Origin: Marsupella aquatica
Taxonomy: Eukaryota; Plantae; Marchantiophyta
NCBI GenBank assembly: GCA_973895155.1
Contig: OZ316898.1
Coordinates: forward strand, 15,902,330-15,966,329
Length of the DNA stretch: 64,000 bases
Direction: 5' to 3'
Position numbers and translations under genes: made by a program. Numbering within the stretch: the first letter of the stretch is position 1; the number at the start of each line of letters is the position of its first letter. The notes beneath the pieces are model-generated. The model saw only the letters and a list, made by a program, of their open reading frames with translations, ran no database searches and was not told the DNA's origin. This document shows, one piece after another, positions 57,221 through 64,000 of the stretch.

Positions 57221-59120
57221 TGTTGTAACTCATACTTGAGTTAAGTCTACCTTTGGGATAACTACCTATGTAACTACCCTAACTACTTAGGCCGTAGCCA
57301 CATGTACATATCCTACCAAGAGTAAAGATGGAACCAACTCTTTGTCTCGTTTATCCTACAACACGTTATCAGCACGACTCTACGAGGCTGAGCGGAGCAA
57401 GGCCATGAAATTTTTAAGAAGAAGGGTGAATTGAACAACGAAAAGAAGAAGACATTGATAATCTCATAAGGATCAAAGCAGGATTAAGAAAGACCGAGTA
57501 AGGCAGATCCGGGAAAGAGGACCGAAGGCAACCATTCGACAACTGTGAGCACTTTCAGAAATAATTTTTTTAACAAGGACATTGACGAATCAATGAAAGA
57601 AGCGCAACATCGTTCGAAGACGATAAGGACAACCTGAGACTGGCCATGACTGATTCACTCTAAGACCTGAAGAGGCCGAGCCATGACGGAGCTTTGTTAG
57701 AGGGGCAGAGAGAGGTATGAACGAATTTGGCGATGTATCGCTGGAAAAAGCTGAATGAACGAGAGAGAGATGGCGGAATTAAGGATTGTGATGTGATGGA
57801 TAAAGAATTGCGTCATAGCGTGCACAAAATTTGTGGATGAGAGAGTCCTATAGTGATGCGAGGTGAGGTCATGTCAATCAAGGAAAAAGGGATTGTTATC
57901 TCTGAAGGCGGAAGCGGCTAGCTAGAGAAGCCGAAGAGTTTTCATCAGATTCTACTAATTCCCTATCTCCACATCGGCATTCCTTTCATGTGCATCCACG
58001 TGCACAACGTGGGCCTGGCGATGGTGAACTGAACCTTCAAAGTTTTTCCCGCATTCCGAGGATTATGAACCGAATGGATTGTTTTCACGAACGCAAGTGA
58101 ACGCCCTGCTTGATCTGACCTAAAGGAATGACAAAATCATACGCACTGGCTGAGATTCAAAGCGCATTCCAATGAATTTTGAAGAAGGAAGAACGACAAA
58201 GGCGCTTTGATGAAAGAGAATTTTCCTTTTGAAATTGACCAGACGACCCAATCTTGAACAAGGGCCCTCACACAGAGCAAGACTTACCGACCGGGCCACC
58301 GACTACCTTGAAGTCCACCTGATTCAGAGACACACAAAACTGACTACAGAGAAGAAGGATCGGACCCAGATACAATTCGGCACACAATGATAAGGACAGG
58401 GGAGAAGGAGGCCCGAGTCATTCGAGTACGATACCGCATCCAGAATGATACAGGTGCCGTATCGATTTTGGCAATAAGGATAACAAGGCAGTGACATCGA
58501 CGGCATTTAGCATGAAATATCGAGGAGGCCCCAAAGATAAGAACCAGAATGTCACATCATAGGTAGAGAAGACGGCACAATTCACGGGACACAAACAGAC
58601 CACCACAGAGCGAAATAGTGATGCGATGTGGAGGCGTTGAAATTCGGAAATGAATATGAAGGAATGTAGCAAGAAGTGACCAGAGGGAAGGAATGAAGGA
58701 AGGAACCATGCCACAATAAGCGAGTGAAGCAGAAGATTCAGAGGATTTCCCCTTGTCGAAGGAAGGATTGGGACCAATAACAGAAGATAAGAGAGAGCGC
58801 AAACCGGAGAATTATACTGTCGACAACCATGACCAAGCGCAGATGGAGTGAAGGACGATAGATAGAGCAGAGGACCACAAAGAAAGAAGGCATACTTGAC
58901 GTTTAGAGAGCACGAAGGGAACGCCTGCAGCTGACGAACAAATCTCGCAACAAAGAACTTCAAAACTTCGAGAAAATGTCGAGAACATACCGCTAAGTGC
59001 AAACCCTCCTTAATTGCAAAATCCGTCAAATAGATTTTCGTATACAAAGAACAATGTGCACTGAACCAGGGAAACACACATACTAAGAACGGGGACGAAA
59101 TGGCATTAAAATGAAAGATA
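57221..59120 (+). mobile_element. Bianca-type Ty1/copia 5' LTR (57221-57363) plus long non-coding internal region
   Basis: 143-bp TGTTGTA...TACAACA LTR followed by CGTTATCAGCACG, the atypical priming site I associate with Bianca. Confidence 0.75.
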
Positions 59121-62100
59121 TGTTGTAGCTCATCAACAACTAACTCCTTTATTCATTCCTCTTCCAATACATATAGTCCCTTAGGCAGGTAGGGTAGTTA
59201 GGCGGTTAGTCTTAACCAACTGTGGTAGGTCTAACCTTAGTTAGGCTAGAGTTAACTCGGGTTACAACACTCCCCCTTGGGTGTAACATGGTCTTGGGAA
59301 GGAATGTTGCACCCACATTTAGTTTACTCTAGGTGGTGGGAATGTAACCTCATTAAAACCCCCCCTCCTTTCTTGTGGGGGGAAAGAGTGTTACCATTCC
59401 TTCTTAAAAATGTAATTCGTAAGTGTAATTGTGTTGTGTTAGTGGTAAATTACTTGTAAAGTCTAGTGTAGGTAATAGGAATGAAGTGTAAACGCCCTAA
59501 TGTATTTGCGGATTGTGTGGTCGATTGTTTCGTTTGTGAGTAGGGAGCTCTTCGGTTCGAGTGGGGGAAGATTCGCTTTCGATTGCTTCACGTTGTAAGT
59601 GGATTCGGAGATGGAGGTCGGGCGAATCTCCCCCTGAAGGTTGCCAGTTGAGCTTCTCACTGTCGATGGTCGAATCGATGTTGGTTCTTGTTTCTCCCAG
59701 GTTCGTTGTTGCGGCTCCTCCATGTTCTAAGTGCTTCACCGAGTGATTCTTTGTGACCTGGCGTACCTGTGATGTCGTGTCTGCATTCCGATCATTGTGT
59801 CTCGAGTTTATTGATTCGATCCGGTCTGCAGTTGAGATAGGCTTCGCATCCCTATCGAGTGTGTATGCCGGTTGTGTAGATTCGGTGGGAGTGCTTTCGT
59901 AAACATGTCTGCAGAGTTGGATTCGCTAGAGATCCACTGAACTGCGATGCTTTTGTTCTGCTGCTCGTGAGTAAAGAAAAACTTAGGTGCAATGTGTTTC
60001 GTTCTGTCTCCCTTGATGAACCCTGCTTGGATTTGATCGACACACGGTCTATTGTCTTCATAGAGTTGTGTGGGTGTGGTCAATCTCGGTATGCCTGTGT
60101 TTTCGTGTATGTGGTTGATCACATTGCGTAGCCATATGCATTCCCGGCTCGCCTCGTATAATGCGATTATTTCGGAGTGGTTTGACGAGGTTGTGGTCAA
60201 TGTTTGCTTGTTGCTCCTCCATGAGATGGCCGTATTGCCCATCAGGAACACATACCCTGTCTGTGATTTCGCATCTGCGGGGTCCGACAGGTATCCTGCA
60301 TCCGCGTACCCGGTAAGTAAGTAAGTATCATGCTTGGGGTAGAATAAGCCGAGGTCTGTCGTGCCTCTTAAGTATCTGAAGATTCTTTTAATGCCGTTCC
60401 AGTGTCTTATGGTTGGCGTTGCGCTATGGCGTGCCAGTAGGTTCACTGAGAATGCCAGATCGGGTCTTGTCTGGTTAGCGAGGAACATCAGGACCCCTAT
60501 TGCAGATAGGTATGGTTTGTCTGAGCCAAGTAGTGGCTCGTTCTCGTTCCTCTTCCGGAAAATGTCCTTGTCCATATCCAATGAGCGAATGTCCATTGGG
60601 GATTTGACTGGTTTGGACTGATGCATATTGAATTGCTTCAGTATTTTTCTTGTATAAGTAGATTGGTGCAGTAGGATTCCATTTGGCAGATGTTCGAATT
60701 GTAGGCCGAGGCAGAAAGTAGTCTGTCCCAAGTCTCGCACCTCAAATGCCTTATTCAGTAATTGGATAGTTTCCAGCATGATTCGGCTGGTCCCGAATAA
60801 GTTCAGGTCATCCACATATATTGCAATGATTATAACTTCACGTCCTTCCTGCTTGAGGAATATGCAAGGTGTGATATCTGAATTTTTAAATCCCATGGTT
60901 AACATTTCAGATTTAAATCTCTTATACCAAGTTAGGCCGCTCTGTTTCAGGCCATACATGGAGCGAAGGACTTGCACTGCAAAACGAGTTTGCTTGGTGA
61001 GCATTTGCTTTGAAGAAGCTTTTAGTGCAATTGATTTGGCTATTGTATGTAGTACTGCCTCATTGGTGTGATCGAATTTGCTTTTCTCAGTGTGATCTAG
61101 TCTCATGGGTGTCTGCTCCCCCTGGCAGTGGTGTTCCACACGTTGTATCAACTCGGGTGGTGCTTCCATGTGTATAACTGTGTCCAGGTGCCCATATAAG
61201 TATGCCGTCACTATGTCCAGTTGGTGCATGGATAAGTTGTGGTACTGTGAAAAGGTGATTAGGTAGCGGTAAGTGATGGCGTCCATCACTGGGGAGTACG
61301 TGAGGTCGTAGTCACGGCCCGGGATTTGGGTAAAGCCCTTTGCTACTAGTCGGGCCTTATGTCTGACTACTTCCCCCTGTGCATTCCGTTTCTTCACAAA
61401 GGTCCATCTGCAGCCTGTGAGGTGAATGCCTGGTGCTGCTGGAGTGATGGGGCCGAAGACATGGCGAGATATAAGGGAGTCTAGTTCTAGGTTAATTGCT
61501 TTTTCCCACTCGGGCCAGTCTGAGTGGGTTTGTGCTTCCCGGATTGTCTTTGGATCATGTGAGTCTTCGTCTATTTGTTGGGATATATGGAACGCGAATT
61601 TATCATCTATTGTTGTGTGTGTTCTGTCCCATATGTGCCCTGTGCTTCCATAATTGATAGCGATCTCGTCGTTATCTTCTGGTGTGGTGGTCTGAGGGGT
61701 TGGCAGTTCTGAATGTGGTGATGGAGCTCTTGGAGGTGCTGCTTTCCTTTGTCTGGGTTGTTTGTCTGTAGCTCCTAGGGGGCGGCCCCGCTTTGCTCGT
61801 GGTGAGGTTACAGTTGCCGGTTGGATGTCCATCTGTATGCGCGAAGGTGTGTTTGCTGCCGGTATGTGTGATCGGGTTATTTTTGCGGCATCTGCAAAAG
61901 AGTCTGGTAGGTGTTCTATCAGGTTTGTGAGGTGGAGTATTCTTTTAACTTCCGTGTCAGATTGGCTAGTTCGGGGATCCTGCCAAAATGCAGATTGGAT
62001 TTGCCAGGTGAGAGATTTGTCGCTATCTGTTTCCTGTCTTGTTTGTAGTTTTGGAAATGTAGTTTCATAGAAGTGGCAGTCGCTGAATCGGGCCTTAAAA

Positions 62101-64000
62101 ACGTCGGCTGTGGTGGGTTCCAGGTATCGAATGATGGATGTGGAATCACATCCAATGTATATTCCTGCTTGCCGCTGAGGGCCCATTTTGGTTCGTTTGG
62201 GGCCCAGTATTGGTACCATTACTTGGCAGCCAAAGGTTCGAAGGTGAGTTATGTTGGGGATGGTGCCGAGTGCCAGAGTGTGTGGTGAGCTTGAGTTGTA
62301 TGCTGACGGTCTGTAACTGAGTAGTGTGGCAGAGTGTAGGATGGCATGTCCCCATGCGGTTGTGGGGAGGTTGCTCTGCATCAGTATTGGTCTGGCAATT
62401 ATTTGGAGGCGTTTTATCAACGATTCCGCTGTCCCGTTTTGGAAGTGGACGTGGGGGACGGGGTACTGTACGTCTATGCCTGTAGCAGTGCAAAAGTCTT
62501 CAAAGGTTTTGGAGGTAAATTCCCCTGCATTGTCCACTCTGATTGTCTGGATCTGGTTATCCGGGAATTGTGCTCTTAGTTTCAAGATGTGAGCCAGTAA
62601 GCGAGGGAAAACTAGATTTCTTGTGGATAGGAGTGAGATTTGGGACCATTTAGTTGAGGCATCTATTACTGCTAGGTAAAAGCGGAATGGGCCACTAGGG
62701 GGGTCGATCGGTCCACATACATCTGCGTGGATCCGTTCCAGAAAGTTGGGGATTCTGGTTCCAGGTGGGGTTGGTGAGGGCCTTATTATCAGTTTACCTT
62801 GTGAACAGGCAAGGCATGGTCCGAGCATAGATGTGGGGTGTACTGTAGGCCGTATGCCCTTGGTCTGTTTAACGATTCTCTGGAACATGTTAAGGCCCGG
62901 GTGGCCAAGTCTCCTGTGCCAGATCTCTGTGATGGGGTTTTGTGGCTTTTGATTCTCTGGCTCGGTATGGAAGCTGTGTATGTTGGTAGTATAAAAGCCG
63001 GGGTGATGGGCTTTTAGTGTTTCCAGGATCCCATTGTTCTGTGGAGTCTTGGATGTGATATGTAGGACTTCGAGTTTGTTGGAAGTCCCAGTTTGGATAT
63101 GCAGATCATTGGCTCTTATGTCTCCAACACTTAGGAGGTTCCTGGTGGCTTTGGGTGCGTATATGGCAGAGTGTATCTTTATCACTGTGCCTTGTGGTAA
63201 TGTGACGGTTGCAGGTCCGTAGCCCTCCTCTAACTGATGTTGGCCCATTATGGTGGTGACCTTTCGCTGTGATGGGGTTATGTGGGTAAAGTATTCCTTA
63301 TTTTTCAGAATTGAATGTGAGGTCCCACTATCGACTATACATGAGTGAGGATTGTTTGGGTTCTTTGTGTGGTTCCTTATAATCATGTTGATCTCGGGAA
63401 GGATCTCAGCGGAGTCCATGAAAGTGCCATATGTTTCAGGTGCGTTTGTGTTCATGCTTTTCTTATAAAGGGCTACTAGATGTGAAGGTGCTCTGCAGTG
63501 TTTCTGAATGTGCCCTTTAGTTCCACAGCGAAAACAGAGAGGGGGGTTGGTGGTCATATCTCGTTGGTTGTGCTGGTCCTCGTTGAACTTCGTGCGATTC
63601 TGATTATTGTTCTCTCTCGTCCAGGTGTTCCACGAGCTCCTGCCGTTGTATCTCGATCTGCCTTGGCCGCGTCCTCGGTGGAAATTCCCTCTGCCGCCTC
63701 GTTGAAAGTTATTGCTTCGACCCCTATTCGGGCTGCGTCCCCTGGTGCCTGCGCGGCCTCGATAGTTTCTTGATTCTCCCCTCTGTGGTGTGGCGTAGTT
63801 GGTCTCGGGAGCTGATGTGGACGGGAGGGTCCCCGGTGGGCATTTCTGCGAATTTTGTAGTAGTAGGAGCTGGTGCTTTTCAGCCAGCAGCATATGCGCA
63901 ATTAGTTCGGAGTATTTGGTAAAGGCCATATTCCTGTATTGTGTAGAGAGGATAAGGTTTGAAGAATGAAGAGTTGACAGTGTTTTTTCGATCTGCTCTG
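59121..64000 (-). mobile_element. Young Bianca-type Ty1/copia element (3' LTR 59121-59269; 5' end outside window)
   Basis: 149-bp LTR, PPT AAGGGGGAG at 59278-59270, intact polyprotein. Confidence 0.93.
59808..64000 (-). CDS. Ty1/copia gag-pol polyprotein (partial at 5' end)
   Basis: CCHC, VDSGTSH protease, WHRRLGH GAG-pre-integrase, IHADVCGP/DNAGEF integrase, YGLKQ and YVDD RT, YADA and RTKHIAPKFF RNase H; frame open to the window edge. Confidence 0.96.
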   Translation of the reverse strand, partial: EQIEKTLSTLHSSNLILSTQYRNMAFTKYSELIAHMLLAEKHQLLLLQNSQKCPPGTLPSTSAPETNYATPQRGESRNYRGRAGTRGRSPNRGRSNNFQRGGRGNFHRGRGQGRSRYNGRSSWNTWTRENNNQNRTKFNEDQHNQRDMTTNPPLCFRCGTKGHIQKHCRAPSHLVALYKKSMNTNAPETYGTFMDSAEILPEINMIIRNHTKNPNNPHSCIVDSGTSHSILKNKEYFTHITPSQRKVTTIMGQHQLEEGYGPATVTLPQGTVIKIHSAIYAPKATRNLLSVGDIRANDLHIQTGTSNKLEVLHITSKTPQNNGILETLKAHHPGFYTTNIHSFHTEPENQKPQNPITEIWHRRLGHPGLNMFQRIVKQTKGIRPTVHPTSMLGPCLACSQGKLIIRPSPTPPGTRIPNFLERIHADVCGPIDPPSGPFRFYLAVIDASTKWSQISLLSTRNLVFPRLLAHILKLRAQFPDNQIQTIRVDNAGEFTSKTFEDFCTATGIDVQYPVPHVHFQNGTAESLIKRLQIIARPILMQSNLPTTAWGHAILHSATLLSYRPSAYNSSSPHTLALGTIPNITHLRTFGCQVMVPILGPKRTKMGPQRQAGIYIGCDSTSIIRYLEPTTADVFKARFSDCHFYETTFPKLQTRQETDSDKSLTWQIQSAFWQDPRTSQSDTEVKRILHLTNLIEHLPDSFADAAKITRSHIPAANTPSRIQMDIQPATVTSPRAKRGRPLGATDKQPRQRKAAPPRAPSPHSELPTPQTTTPEDNDEIAINYGSTGHIWDRTHTTIDDKFAFHISQQIDEDSHDPKTIREAQTHSDWPEWEKAINLELDSLISRHVFGPITPAAPGIHLTGCRWTFVKKRNAQGEVVRHKARLVAKGFTQIPGRDYDLTYSPVMDAITYRYLITFSQYHNLSMHQLDIVTAYLYGHLDTVIHMEAPPELIQRVEHHCQGEQTPMRLDHTEKSKFDHTNEAVLHTIAKSIALKASSKQMLTKQTRFAVQVLRSMYGLKQSGLTWYKRFKSEMLTMGFKNSDITPCIFLKQEGREVIIIAIYVDDLNLFGTSRIMLETIQLLNKAFEVRDLGQTTFCLGLQFEHLPNGILLHQSTYTRKILKQFNMHQSKPVKSPMDIRSLDMDKDIFRKRNENEPLLGSDKPYLSAIGVLMFLANQTRPDLAFSVNLLARHSATPTIRHWNGIKRIFRYLRGTTDLGLFYPKHDTYLLTGYADAGYLSDPADAKSQTGYVFLMGNTAISWRSNKQTLTTTSSNHSEIIALYEASRECIWLRNVINHIHENTGIPRLTTPTQLYEDNRPCVDQIQAGFIKGDRTKHIAPKFFFTHEQQNKSIAVQWISSESNSADMFTKALPPNLHNRHTHSIGMRSLSQLQTGSNQ

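Noticed and set aside
58418-59077. 219-aa hydrophobic membrane protein
   Set aside because: Antisense shadow of a purine-rich strand; no recognisable domain.

Overview
Eukaryotic, most likely non-seed land plant (bryophyte-like; Arabidopsis-type TTTAGGG repeats) heterochromatic window with no ordinary host gene: a stack of nested transposons at least 5 layers deep. The bottom layer (~3965-30170) is a decayed Mutator-like DNA transposon with a GCM-type-DBD transposase (+) and a divergent 5-exon gene (-, ~1250 codons once insertions are removed) fusing a ParB/Srx-like N-terminus to a beta-class N4C/N6A DNA-methyltransferase-like C-terminus. A 15-bp palindrome TAGCGCCWGGCGCTA is scattered ~14 times through this element, almost all in introns or intergenic DNA. 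Inserted into or beside it are: a full-length non-chromovirus Ty3/gypsy element A (7633-21139); a 4.1-kb solo LTR B; a Ty3/gypsy family C whose 4.6-kb LTR itself encodes a ~1200-aa PMD-like/coiled-coil protein (full-length copy 30534-47650, solo LTR 49600-54235, two further LTR pieces); a family D element; a 5'-truncated LINE; and two Bianca-type Ty1/copia elements. One family C LTR carries a 1.55-kb duplication joined by telomeric repeats. All assignments are by eye; no searches were run.
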